From Entomortierella parvispora E1425 (taxonomy: Eukaryota > Fungi > Mortierellomycota), in contig BQFW01000012.1 in NCBI GenBank assembly GCA_020891255.1, positions 124,001 through 188,000 on the forward strand: a DNA stretch of 64,000 bases. Direction: 5' to 3'. Position 1 is the stretch's first letter, and each line of letters opens with the position of its first letter. The translations under genes were made by a program, and so were the position numbers. Shown piece after piece: positions 48,925 to 60,208 of this stretch. Below the pieces are notes generated by a model, which saw nothing but the letters and a program-made list of their open reading frames with translations, did not search any database and was not told where the DNA came from.

Positions 48925-51205
48925 ATGAAGTCGATTTTCATCGGCTTGACCACTCTACTGGCCTCTCTTTCTCTCACTGCCTCGGCCAAACTGCACAGGT
49001 AAGAAAATTGATAACACAGTCTTCATTTTGGATACCTTTTGAACTCACCCAAGACCCGTCCATACTAGGGTGACGATCAACCGTGTGGCAAGAACAGAGG
49101 ACTCGGAGAGCACAAGTCGTCATCTTAAGCAAACGTTGGCCCGTTACTCCAAGGAGCCTGACGCCGCCCCTCTTGTTCAAACAGAGGAGGAACAAACAAC
49201 GCAAATTATCCCTCATCAACTGGAAGTACCGAGCGAGAAAACTACTTTGGAAAAGAATGGTAAGACGACCAAGGCTGGAAGGAAACAAAAATCAAAGGAT
49301 CTGAAAAAAGAAAAGAAGGAACAGCAGCAAAAGCAGAAGCAACGATTCGAGCAAGGACAGCAACTTCAGCAGCAACCATTTCGTTTGGAAGAGAATGACG
49401 GACAGGAGGAAGGCTACACCTTGGTTGAAATGGACAACGTAAAGAGTGAGGCTGTGGAGCCAGAGAGACAGTCGATGCCCACACCAAGACGATCCAAGCA
49501 GATCGATTCCGAGCGAGTGCCTATCGAGTACAATCCCTCCGAGGTGGCTGTAGGTGCTCTTCATCATACAACTCTCCTTGTCTTCCTTGTAGGTATCTAT
49601 TTCGCCAAGCCATCTAATCGCTTTCTTCTGAACGAACCGATTTCCTTGTAGTTTGTAGGCCAAGTCGGGATCGGTACTCCACCTCAATATTTTTCGCTGG
49701 AGTTTGACATCGGATCCGCAGATACATGGATCACCTCGTGGCATGCCAACTGCTCGTTAAACCAACCCTGCACGGATCGTCGTCGTCGCGCCCTGTTCCC
49801 TGATCGATCCTCGACCTTTAATTCTGATCCAAACATTCCTTGGACGGTTAATTTCAGCGACGGAGCCAAGATTGAGGGAAGTCTGTCATCGGATGTAGTC
49901 CAAGTCGCCGGGTTTGTGATCGATCGCCAGATCCTGGGTGTGGCAACAAATTTAAAGAGTTTGAAGCAGAGCGGTATCGACGGGTCTCTCGGACTTGGTT
50001 TGGCAGACTTGTCATTCAACGGTAAGCCATGTGCTGTGTTGTTGTTTGTCCTGGATCCTTCATCGCCGAGAATGCAATGAGTGGATGCAGAAAGTGGATG
50101 CAGAACTAAAAAAAAAAAAACTATAGGCGACGCGACACCAATCGAAAATCTCATCAGCGCTGGATCCATGCGGCCCGAGGTGGGAGTTTGGCTTGGAAGC
50201 GGCAATCAGGGCGGAGAACTCATCTTTGGTGGTCGAGACCGAGCCCGATATATCGGAGAGCTCTCCTATTTCAACGTGCCAGCAGGATCGGCCTACTGGT
50301 CTACACCCGTGCAGTCCTTGACAGTGATCACCCATGAACTTGTCACGGATGGGACCAACCAGTCCAAACTCAAATCAGAGGTAATACCTTCCAGGATCGG
50401 GACAGGAACCGGGAACAATGTTCCGTCCATCATCTTTGATACATCTTCGAACCTGATCTTGTTGCCACCCAGGGTGGCGCTAAAAGTACATCAGACGGTC
50501 CACAATTTCTTTTTCGGTTGGTACTCCGGCTACAGCTACATCTATGGTGCCTACACCGTCTCGTGCAGTCTTGCGGATGATGGAGGCCCGGATTTGTGGG
50601 TAGAGCTTGGGCCAGCAGTTGAAAGGGCTACAGACAAAGAGTCTCCTGAAACACCGCCGAATGGGGCATCCACCAAGGACAAGAGGGACAAGCAAAGCAC
50701 AGACAGCTACGCGAACAAGAAAACAAGAGAAAGAGGAAAGAGGGCGGTTAGTAAGGTTGAGTCCGAGCCTGGAGATTCTAATAAGGAGACCTCCAAAGAC
50801 AAGGACAGGGACGGGGACAAAGAAAAAAACAATGGCAAAGACAAAGACAAAGACGCCAAGACCCAACCTGATAGCAGCGGTCAGGACGCCCCACTACCAG
50901 CTTCGAGTGTGCCTTCAGTACCTTCATTTTCCTTCTCCTTTCCCCTTCGTCCTTTGCGTCCGCCGCCTAATGGTCCAACAACCAACCTCAATAACCGGTT
51001 CCGAATCTCTGGGCGCGATTTGGTCCGAGAGCGCGTCCCAGTCCTGGGAGCGCTCTTCAATATTTGCTACTCAGGCGTACAGGCCAGCAAGACGGATGAG
51101 GACGACTGGGTGTTTGGGAATATCTGGTTCATGAACAACTACATGACGCTCGACCACCTCCATCGTCAGATTGGGATCGCACCCGCAGTCCAGCCAGAGA
51201 TCTAA
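48925..51205 (+). CDS. Secreted pepsin-family (A1) aspartic protease homolog with non-canonical catalytic motifs
   Basis: Signal peptide MKSIFIGLTTLLASLSLTASA. VGQVGIGTPPQYFSLEFDIGSADTW, IDGSLGLG, GELIFGG.D, YW, IIFDTSSNLILLP, WVFGN. Three introns. Confidence 0.85.
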
Positions 51206-51341
51206 AATAAAATGATGATTTGTCGTCAACGCGCTATTTCTTTTTTTTTTTTTTTTTTTTTTTGACGCGTGGCAGTGCTTCCCTCCATGAGGTCGCATTC
51301 ATGCTTCGCACAATCTCTACTTTCATTGCCCTCACCTCAAC

Positions 51342-52979
51342 GTGCAATGCATGTCATCGATCCAGAATGGCAATGCCCAACACCGGCTAAACCCGTTTGA
51401 ACTTCTGGAAATCAGTTGTCTGATCCAGTCCTATCTCCAGGGCGATATTCGCGCCGTCTTGTCATGCTGTCTGGTCTCCAAGTCCTTCAACCGGGGCTTT
51501 CAGCCTCTTCTATGGGAGTCTCTGAGCATTACCCCATGCAAGAAAAATCAACTTCCTCGTATCCCTTCCGTCGACGTTCTTGAGGCAAAGAAAGATCTTG
51601 TCAAATCCATCAAGTTTGACTTGAGATACAACCCAGAGGACACCTTCGCGACCAAGATCTTGCCAAAGATCGAAACAACAACGTTCCCACACCTGAAAAG
51701 GCTCCATTTTTCTCTATTGAATTGGACCCAAGATCTAATAGACACATCGGCTGCTACTATCTACAATCATCAAAGAACGCTAGAGGAGTTGGAGCTGAGA
51801 GGCTTAGACTGTGCAGAGGAACCCGTACGACTATGGCGAAAGATCTTCGGCCTAGAGCAACTAAGGAAACTGGGTCTGCGCTCTGTGAACTTTATAGGGT
51901 TGGAGCAGAACAGTTTGTTCTGGAGGATCCTCACTAGCCCCAGTCTGCGAGAAGTTTGCCTGAATGACGTCTGTCTTATAGACAGCTCGGCCGAAGCAAT
52001 GGAGTTTGAGCAAGAAGAGCAACAACAACATCAAGGGCTACGACATTTAACCGTGATCAACATGCGTTGCGGGCACATTGAATACAGGCAGTTTCTCAGG
52101 ACCTTGGTTCGATTCACAAACCTCACTTTGCTTGTCTCGCATATGATCTCTGGCCTCTCAATATACGAGGTCTATCCGCTGCTGCGTTCGTTGGACAAGT
52201 GCTTTGATACGGCTAACCCAGGGCCCTACTGGAAACATCTCACAACATTCAGCTATCTTGACTGCGTCTTCATGGACGATGAGCAAAGTGGATCTTTTCT
52301 GGGGTCACTGAATCCAGGACTTAAAAACCTCAGCCTGGAAAAGTCGAGCTTTGGGGATATATCCTTACAGACGCTGATGCAACACCACTCGAAGACTCTG
52401 ACTCGACTGAATCTGATTTCGCCGAGCTATCCTACAGGGCGCATGGTCCGTGTTCTTCTTGGCAACTGCGAAAACCTAGAGTCACTCTGCGGGCTGGAAC
52501 TACCTATCTCAGATCTCACGCGCTGTGATGATCTACAACATGGTCGAGGATGTCTGGGTCGTTGTCATCTGTGGGTTTGCACAAACCTTCAGGAGTGGGG
52601 TGTTGATATTGACAACAACGTTGACGATTGTCCGTCATCCCTGGAGCTTGTAGCCTTTGAGCGTTTGTCAACATTGTCCAGGCTCAAGGCTATCATACTG
52701 AAGCCTTACTCTTCAAAACACAAAAAGCAGATTCGTTTCCAGCTAGGTTGTGGGCTCGAGCAATTGGAATTAAGAAGGGGCTCTTTGGAGGAGCTCCAAT
52801 TTGATCAGAGGTGGATTTCGCGAGAAGACTGGAAATGGATCATCGGCACCTTCAAACAATTGAACAAGGTGACAGCTTGCCAGGACTGGCCGAGGACCGC
52901 AAGAAGACTAGAGTTCCTGAGAAATCTTAGTTTGCAAAATCGTCGCATTGATTTCAACCTTGTACGTGTGGGATGTTGA
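51342..52979 (+). CDS. F-box/RNI-like LRR protein of the expanded Mortierellaceae-type family (intronless)
   Basis: NPFELLEISCLIQSYL...CCLVSKSF...LLW F-box, L..L.L repeats, and the C-terminal WVCTNLQ...FERLSTLSRL...LGCGLEQL...DWKWI signature. Confidence 0.8.
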   Translation: MQCMSSIQNGNAQHRLNPFELLEISCLIQSYLQGDIRAVLSCCLVSKSFNRGFQPLLWESLSITPCKKNQLPRIPSVDVLEAKKDLVKSIKFDLRYNPEDTFATKILPKIETTTFPHLKRLHFSLLNWTQDLIDTSAATIYNHQRTLEELELRGLDCAEEPVRLWRKIFGLEQLRKLGLRSVNFIGLEQNSLFWRILTSPSLREVCLNDVCLIDSSAEAMEFEQEEQQQHQGLRHLTVINMRCGHIEYRQFLRTLVRFTNLTLLVSHMISGLSIYEVYPLLRSLDKCFDTANPGPYWKHLTTFSYLDCVFMDDEQSGSFLGSLNPGLKNLSLEKSSFGDISLQTLMQHHSKTLTRLNLISPSYPTGRMVRVLLGNCENLESLCGLELPISDLTRCDDLQHGRGCLGRCHLWVCTNLQEWGVDIDNNVDDCPSSLELVAFERLSTLSRLKAIILKPYSSKHKKQIRFQLGCGLEQLELRRGSLEELQFDQRWISREDWKWIIGTFKQLNKVTACQDWPRTARRLEFLRNLSLQNRRIDFNLVRVGC

Positions 52980-54436
52980 TACCCACCAAGGAAAAAAAAA
53001 AGGAAAAAAAAATATAGGATCGTGCACGTTGTTCAGCCTGCACTGATTCATCCACAACGCACATGCTTGCTTGCCACATTTTCAGGATGGCAACAGAGCT
53101 CGACGACTGAACCGACTATGCAACACATTTGATCCAATCCCACCTCCACGTCCCTGTTGTCTCGTCTCCAAATCCTGACGCCAGGCCATTTGTTCTTTTT
53201 TTTTTCTTTGGGACAGTAATGCTCCTAAACAGAGGCTCACAACGATGAACAACTCTTGGCCTTGTCTGCTCCAATATCAACTCTGCCTATTTGCCTGGTC
53301 CTCATCCTTTAAACGGAAGGAAGAATATGACAAACTTTCCTACTCCTCGGCCTTTGCTGCAGGTACCCCTGCCAATCAATACCCATAGCTGGCTCAAAGT
53401 CCTTACAATTTACTGGCTGAAGAGCAATCGTGCTGATGTATTCAGAATACCCTGTTGGATGGAACCTCCCAGGCGCTTTTGTTTTGTGCAGCCTTTTTTC
53501 CGTTGCAAAAATGCTCAAAGTGGTTGACAAAGACGAAAGGAGGGATGGGCCTATTTTTTTTTCTTTGTGACATCAGATCGAGTGGATCTCGCCCTTGGAC
53601 CAATGTTTTGTTTTGAGATGGGGCCGTGCACCATGTCCAGTTGAGGCGGTTGGCATGGTAATGATTGTTTAGCGTTCGGACTTCTTTCCCGACTAACGCC
53701 TCGTGTTCACGATTGAGGTCTTTTTTCAAAGGCCTGGGAGAACCTTGAGGATTACATTCCTTTTCATGTTGACATCACACGCAAGGGTGGACAAAGGATA
53801 CCTATTTGAACAGTGTAAACACTGTGGACCACACTCACAGAGGAAGAGAGCTGACCATGAAAGTCCCCTTCTTCCTATCGCCTGTACAGACCACACCCGC
53901 ATGTGCAGACCCAACAGTAACAACAATGGGGAGGATCTTCTCGAGAGCATACGGTTTTTCGGACCAAAGGGGGTGCAAGGAGGGGGGTAAAATGGTGTGA
54001 AATGACGCGAGCGATGAGCAAAGAAGTGAAGTGTGGGAACAAAAAAAAGGCGACCTTCGATCTTTGCATGCTGCGTCCTTGATTGGTTGCTCCGGCGTTC
54101 AGTTTACTCTTCGGGCACAGAGAAAGAAAAATTGCTTTGTGGGGTGGGATGCACGCTGGATCCTCTGCCTGTGGCTCCATCCATTGTTCCGTGCAAGTGG
54201 TTGACCCAGAGAGATACGCGTGCATTGGAAACCCGATCAGAGAAATCAAAATCGTAAGCAAAAAGAGGCTCTTTCCTCTGGAGGTTGGATCCTATTTTTT
54301 TTTCCCTCGTCCCCTGCCAGAGGATAAAAGCAAATATATTTCATATTGCTTCTCTCCCTTCACCACTCCCTCTTCATTCATACACTCATACACTTCTAGC
54401 AGGAACCTTTCTTTCCTTTCTTCACCTCCTCACCAA

Positions 54437-55390
54437 ATGCCGATTCTGTGGGTTGTTCCATGGCGAAACCAGTACTTCCAGGACATTCAATGTCCTGAGG
54501 ATGTGATCGTCCCCACCAAAGATTTTCATGTCTGGCCCATGTATCCGGAACATCGCTGGATCTACGACAAGTTGGCGGTGGCCGTCTCTCAAGGACTGCA
54601 GGCTGCCCCCCATGGGGTGGCCCCGCCTTTCTACCCAGTCTTTAGCAAACCGATCATGAACTTGCGCGGCATGGGTGCTGGAAGCCTCATCATCCCGGAC
54701 GAGGCCACCTATCTGGCCTCACTCCAGCCTGGTCATTTTTGGTCTCCTCTTCACACGGGCGATCACGTCAGTTCCGACGCAGCTGTGATTGATGGTAAGC
54801 CCGTTTGGTGGCGTCATACGACCGGCATCGCCAGCGGTCGGGGGACGTTTGATTACTGGCACATCCATGCAGAGGCCATGCCTGAATTAGAGAGCTATTG
54901 CGGTGACTGGTGCAAAAAGCATCTGGCGGGATACACAGGAATGGCCAATTTTGAAACGATCGGGGGTCGGATCATCGAGGCTCACCTACGTCTGACGGAT
55001 CAATGGCCAGACCTGTACGGCGCAGGATGGTTGGATGCGGTCGTTCGGCTCTATGGGGAAGGCCAATGGGTCTTTGATGACAGCGATCGTCAGGACTGTT
55101 TCAGTGTCCTCTTGTTTACCCAACATGGACGGCAGCGTTATCCTCATCCCTCGGCAGAGAGCATGGCCAGGGTCCTAGCTGAGCCCGGGATCAAGAGCGT
55201 ACAGATCCCGTTTCAGGAGGACATGGACGCTTCCAAATACTCGATGCCTCCAGGCGGGTTCCGATTGGCCATTATCAATGCAACAACACTTGAGGCTGGA
55301 TTCTGGGCTCGAGATATGCTGAGGAAAGCCATCCTTCATCCCGAAAACGAAAGCAAGCAAGAGAAGCTTTTGCACTCGAGCCATATATAG
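54437..55390 (+). CDS. Bacterial-type ATP-grasp-like protein (317 aa, intronless), horizontal-transfer candidate
   Basis: FSKPIMNLRGMGAG (K-P..G.G loop), LHTGDHVSSD and NFETIGGRIIEAHLR (E-x-N/H-x-R-like) occur in ATP-grasp order. The upstream extension in the ORF track is probably not translated. Confidence 0.75.
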   Translation: MPILWVVPWRNQYFQDIQCPEDVIVPTKDFHVWPMYPEHRWIYDKLAVAVSQGLQAAPHGVAPPFYPVFSKPIMNLRGMGAGSLIIPDEATYLASLQPGHFWSPLHTGDHVSSDAAVIDGKPVWWRHTTGIASGRGTFDYWHIHAEAMPELESYCGDWCKKHLAGYTGMANFETIGGRIIEAHLRLTDQWPDLYGAGWLDAVVRLYGEGQWVFDDSDRQDCFSVLLFTQHGRQRYPHPSAESMARVLAEPGIKSVQIPFQEDMDASKYSMPPGGFRLAIINATTLEAGFWARDMLRKAILHPENESKQEKLLHSSHI

Positions 55391-55521
55391 AATATAAATA
55401 CTAAAAAAAAAAGAGATGACATTGCATTTATTTGCCGAACAATAAAACTCTTGTCTGAAAAGCAGATAGTCTTCAAGGGCGGATCCTTCTGGCCGTAAAC
55501 TGTACTTGGGGTATTGTTGTT

Positions 55522-57451
55522 TCAACCTTGGTAGCAATGAGTGTATAAAAGTAAATTCAACCTCTTCAGTCCTTTCATGATCCATTCCAAATCCTGGTCC
55601 AAGAGATAGTGTCCATCAAACGAGAGAACTCGCAACTCCTTCAAAGGCTGTAGCAGTTGTACTCCATGCTCCAGAACAGAGAGGAGCAATTAAACGAATA
55701 GGAAATCGAGATTGCAGACGAAGGATCGTCAGCCTCGTCAAAGCGGCGAAACATGAAGCGGGACTGGGTACTATAAAGATTGTCCCATCACGACGGGTTT
55801 TTGGCCTGTCGCATGATGCGCAAACGTTTCCACCGAACTTTGTGGTTTGACATGCTCGAGAATGTCGGATGAGGAGAGGAAGTGAAGTGAATAGAGAATG
55901 AACCGTAGTGACAAAAAAAAAAAAAAACTTTGGGTAACAGCGATCTGGCCTTTTATTTTGTTCTTTGCTATACCATCATGGCCCTGTGCAGTTCCAATAG
56001 GTCGGGGTCATACCTAATGGCGGTCAGGTGTGGGCAGGCAGTGACTATATCCGCCTCCATCGCCTCCGTCAGTGTTGGGCATCCTTCCAGATCTATGTCT
56101 CTCAGCGTTTGGGCATGTCGTGCAATCAATGCGTTTGTGGCCAGTTGACCGAACGCCGTCAATTGTAGTCCCAGTTCAGTCAGTCCTCGCTGCAGTGACA
56201 TTAAGATCGCACTGATTTTATCGTCCGCGAGATTTGGAACCGACAACTGGAGCCTTGTCAAACAAGGCCATAGTAGAGCTCTTTGATCATTTCCATCGAC
56301 CTCGGTAGGGACCAGCGGACAATAATGTCGGGCATCCGTAATCGTAACATCCCATTCGAGTGACTGCAAGTTTGAACAGCGCAGCAGCCGGCTTGCCAAC
56401 TCGTCAGCAAAGAGGCGCTTGATAAGAATACTGCGAAGGACAACCTTTTGCAACATCGGAGGATTTGGATGCCAAGTCCTCTCCAGATGAGCTGTAGGCC
56501 GATGTCCATATATGGATAAGTTCTGTAGCGTCAGCTCCATCCACGGGGTCGAAAAGGCCACATCCAGATCCAGACACTTTCTGTTGTCCATGATAACCAT
56601 GTTTGTCATATCCAAGTTCTGCAGTCGGGGCAAGTTTGCTAAAACGCTCCAGAACGGGTGACTGTCATTGGCATGCGGCATCCCCCTCAATCGTATGTGC
56701 CGTAAGCTCTTTCGATGGCGATGGATTAGTTCTGTGATTATCAGTCCGAAGTTGGCCTTCACCTCCAGTCTTGACAGATGTGGGTACTCCAGCTGTGCAT
56801 ACCGAATGGGGACATTCCCCCGCAATACCAGGGATTGAATCAAACCTCTTTTCGCCAGGATGTACCGGTAAGGAGTTTGGGTTCCTTGAAGCTCCAAGTC
56901 TCTCCAGATCAGGTGGATGAAGGACCGATGCCAGGTCTTGCAAACACGAAGCGAGGAGCAGATGGATCGACCTCCATGCAATCCGATATATGGCGCAACC
57001 ACGAACAAGATCTCGGGTAGTTCCAGAGGGCTCAATCGAAGCCGCGGTAGTGTTGGCCTTTTTGAGCATGCTGTCCTGAAGGTGACTGCAACAGCAACAA
57101 CAACAGAGTCCCCTGCCGCTAATCTTTCCAAGAGAGTCCTCACAACCTTGACCCATAATTGAATGGACCCCATGCGATTGGCAACAAGCTTGGAAAGCCT
57201 GAGGCGTAACTCGGAGAACATCACCTCGACTATGGCATAGACAACCTATAGAAGAGGCAGATGGGAGCAGGCGTAAGAACAAGGATATGGTACCAACGAA
57301 AACAAGAGCCAAGGCCGAATCTCACCAAAGGAAGCATGATGGCAAAGTAGACAGCCTGGAACATGTAGGAGTTGTCCCCAGGAAGCTGAGGAGGAAACGC
57401 GTCTGAAATGGTTTGCTCTCGCATGGGTGCAGGTTCTTGGGTTTCTGGCAT
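55522..57451 (-). CDS. F-box/LRR protein with N-terminal transmembrane helix; C-terminal exon appears frameshifted (possible pseudogene or base-call error)
   Basis: Exon 1 (57451-57326) plus exon 2 (from 57245) gives YMFQAVYFAIMLPLVVYAIVEVMF, followed by the F-box SPLELPEIL...RVCKTW...IW and LRRs. Terminal motifs LTRLTILRL and LEHGVQLLQPLKELRVL...DLEWIMK lie in different frames. Confidence 0.65.
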
Positions 57452-58177
57452 CGAAAATGATTGGGAAGAGCTCTGGGCAAGGGACGAAAAACGTGGAGGC
57501 GACGGACAAGAAGTTGGGTGCACGAAAAAGGCGGTCACTTGTGTGGGGGGTGCATTGTGTTGGGACATGCATGCATGCATGGCAGTGCACGCTCCATGTC
57601 ATCATGTCACCCCACCATCATCGTTATTGTCGTCAGGGGGACAAGCATAACACCGTGCGCCAGTAGAGCACATATATTGTCATAGGCTCAAAAGCAACCT
57701 TGCCTCGTCATCTCTGGACAGGAGGCCTCCATATTCTCTTCATGTCTCGGCCGACAACGGCCCTTGGTTCAGGGTTATATCCTCTTCATAGAGTAGCCTC
57801 AATTGCAAAAGGCGATTCTCTCAGCTCGCTTGCTGGGAAGCAACAGAGGCAGGAGGGTCAACTATAAACGGTTCTTTCGCGACTTGGATTGAGGCACTTG
57901 AAGGTTCGGCAAGAGTAAAATGTTGTCGTACAAATGCAATGGGCAAAGCAAGGGACACGCACCACTCTTGGTTTTCTGTTTGGGCCCTTCCCTCCTTCCT
58001 TTATCTCCCTCCCGTCCATCTTTCTTTCCTCTTCCACAACACCAATTCCCCAAGCCTTCCACATCGTCTCGCCTGCTTCGCCCACTTATATTTATCAAAT
58101 GGCAGTTGGCCTGCATAGAAAGGTATTACCTTGCATTGCCTTCGATTGGAGTTGATATTTGTTTTCAAATTCTTAGA

Positions 58178-58626
58178 TGGTCAGTCATCCTCTCCTTTCC
58201 TAGAGTACTCCAGGACAGTGCTTCGGTTGGGGACATCAAGTTTGGAGATGAAAGAACCAGACATCGAGTCACTGGTTGGACAACTTCGAATCGAGAGGAC
58301 GAGCGAGTTCAAAAAGCAAGATATTAATATCCAACCATTGTCGAAGCTGAGCGTCCAGTCCCCTGAAGACATCTTGACCCCTCTACACGATCGGACCCAA
58401 GCATTCTTGGAAAGTAAGAGTGAGGTTTTGATGGTCCTCGGAGATTCTGGTTCGGGAAAATCCACTTTCTGTTTGAATCTGGAATACCAGCTTTGGAATG
58501 GCTACAAAGCAGGGAAGGGCTGGTCCCTCTGTTCAAAAGTACTGAATGGCTGTATCTTGAACATCATCTTCCGAACAAAGGGCCATGTTCACCTGGTTCA
58601 GGACAGCTGAAGTTGAAAGCAAATGC
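58178..58626 (+). pseudogene. Truncated NACHT NTPase (NLR-like) fragment
   Basis: QLRIERTSE...IQPLSK...QAFLES..VLMVLGDSGSGKSTFCLNLEYQLW..Y (Walker A). The expected next strand LVPLF is in the +1 frame at 58520. There is no Walker B or repeat domain before the GET1 3' end. Confidence 0.7.
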
Positions 58627-58716
58627 ATTTTTATAGAAGTTTTTCTAAGGCTATTCCGGCATGCCTTTGATATATCGCCCCAGATTAATTAGATGGTCGC
58701 TCAAGGACCTTGGCTA

Positions 58717-60208
58717 TTATACTTTCCTCCTCCTCTCGCCACCTCCCAGGTTGCCAGCCCCGCGTACAGAGGAGGGTTTTGACACCTTGGGTGAGTTACC
58801 TCCAGCGGGTGAGGGTGAGGCCGAAGGCGTTCCTGACGATCCGTTCATCAAGTCACCTCCCATAGCTTGACCAAACATGGCTGCAAAAGGGGATCCTGGT
58901 CCAAACATGTTCTCCATGCCCTCCATCCCACCGCCCATACCGCCCATACCGCCCATAGGGCCTCCCATGCCTCCAAAGTCGCCTCCCATGCCGGCAAAAG
59001 GGTTTCCTGCAGCGGCACCTCCTGGGGTTCCAGCGCCTCCAAGCCCCCCTGCCATGCTGGCCATATTGGCCATTGCTGCGAAAGGATTGGAGCTATCTGC
59101 ATGGTGCTCGGATTTCAATGCCTTGACTGAAGGCACAAACTCGGCGAGGTTGGAAGCAAACAAAGTAATGACCTTTCTGCAAAAGTAAAACCAGATTGCG
59201 ATGCTGACCGAGCCTAAGGCAAAGAATATCAGATGATATGGTCGGAAATCATCAGTTATCTGTAGTACCTTTTCTCGTGACAAGTTGACCTTGAATATCG
59301 TCCGACGCTTTTCGATGAGGAAAAGGGACGAAAGTCAGTGGATGCTTATTCGGCCTCATATTTCTTACCTCGTTCAGCGAATGGAAGGCACAAAACACGC
59401 TCTGCAGGTCCAAACCAGCCCATGGGAAGGTAAAAGACAGGTGAGCGTCTGTACCAGGCCACCATCAAGAACTGAAGTCCGCTTGTAATGAACCAGAGAA
59501 GGCCCTTAAACTTCAGCTCGAATGAGGCCTTAGACACATGAAGTTCTGAGGCTATAAAGAAAAACAAAAGGAAAAAAAAAGAGGTCAATTCTCTCTGCTG
59601 ATGACTGTAGTCGGATTTCTCCCGCCATGAATGTCATATCTGAATGGCTGTTGATCTGCCTTATCACTGAATCACAAGCAGGCCCCGTTTTTGTTCATCG
59701 TCCGGTCAGGGTTGAAGGGGACGTACTCATTTTTTCCAGATCGGCAATTTTGCTGTCCATCTTGCGTCTGAGCTTGGCCCACTTGGCGAATTCATCCTAC
59801 AGTACACATGTTCAATGGTATCAGCAAACGAGTACAGGGTACTAGTCGAACAAGACAAGAAGAGCACACACACCTGCGATGATGTACGAGAGAGGTCGTT
59901 CTTGAGAGTGAGGATCTCCTTCTTGAGCGCCCTTTGTTTCGTGACATTGTCCTTGTGCGCGAATTTGAGCCAAAGATCATAAGCCTATTCATGGTCAGGC
60001 CAGGCGAAAGGAAAACGGGTCAGAGTCTACTACTCCACATGATCCGACTGATCTTCTCCGTTTGTGGTTATTCAGCGAGTTGCGCCCACGATATGAACGC
60101 GAGTTCAAAAAGAGCCAAGCGTACCATGGCTGTGAAGTGGGTCTTGCCCACAAGGTTGATCAGCTCTGTGAGCAGGACCACCAGAAGCACTCCGAATGCG
60201 AGCTGCAT
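58717..60208 (-). CDS. GET1: Get1/WRB tail-anchored protein insertase subunit with Gly/Met-rich C-terminal extension
   Basis: MQLAFGVLLVVLLTELIN (TM1), coiled coil with signature SSQDEFAKWAKLRRK, WYRRSPVFYLPMGWFGP, GSVSIAIWFYFC (TM3). Four introns. Confidence 0.9.

Noticed and set aside
53291-54000. Short ORFs between the F-box and ATP-grasp genes as a possible relic gene
   Set aside because: No motif or homology to other genes in the window could be recognised.
54083-54436. N-terminal 118-aa extension of the ATP-grasp ORF
   Set aside because: Starts at a non-ATG codon and runs through pyrimidine-rich leader sequence. ATG 54437 marks the onset of enzyme-like sequence.
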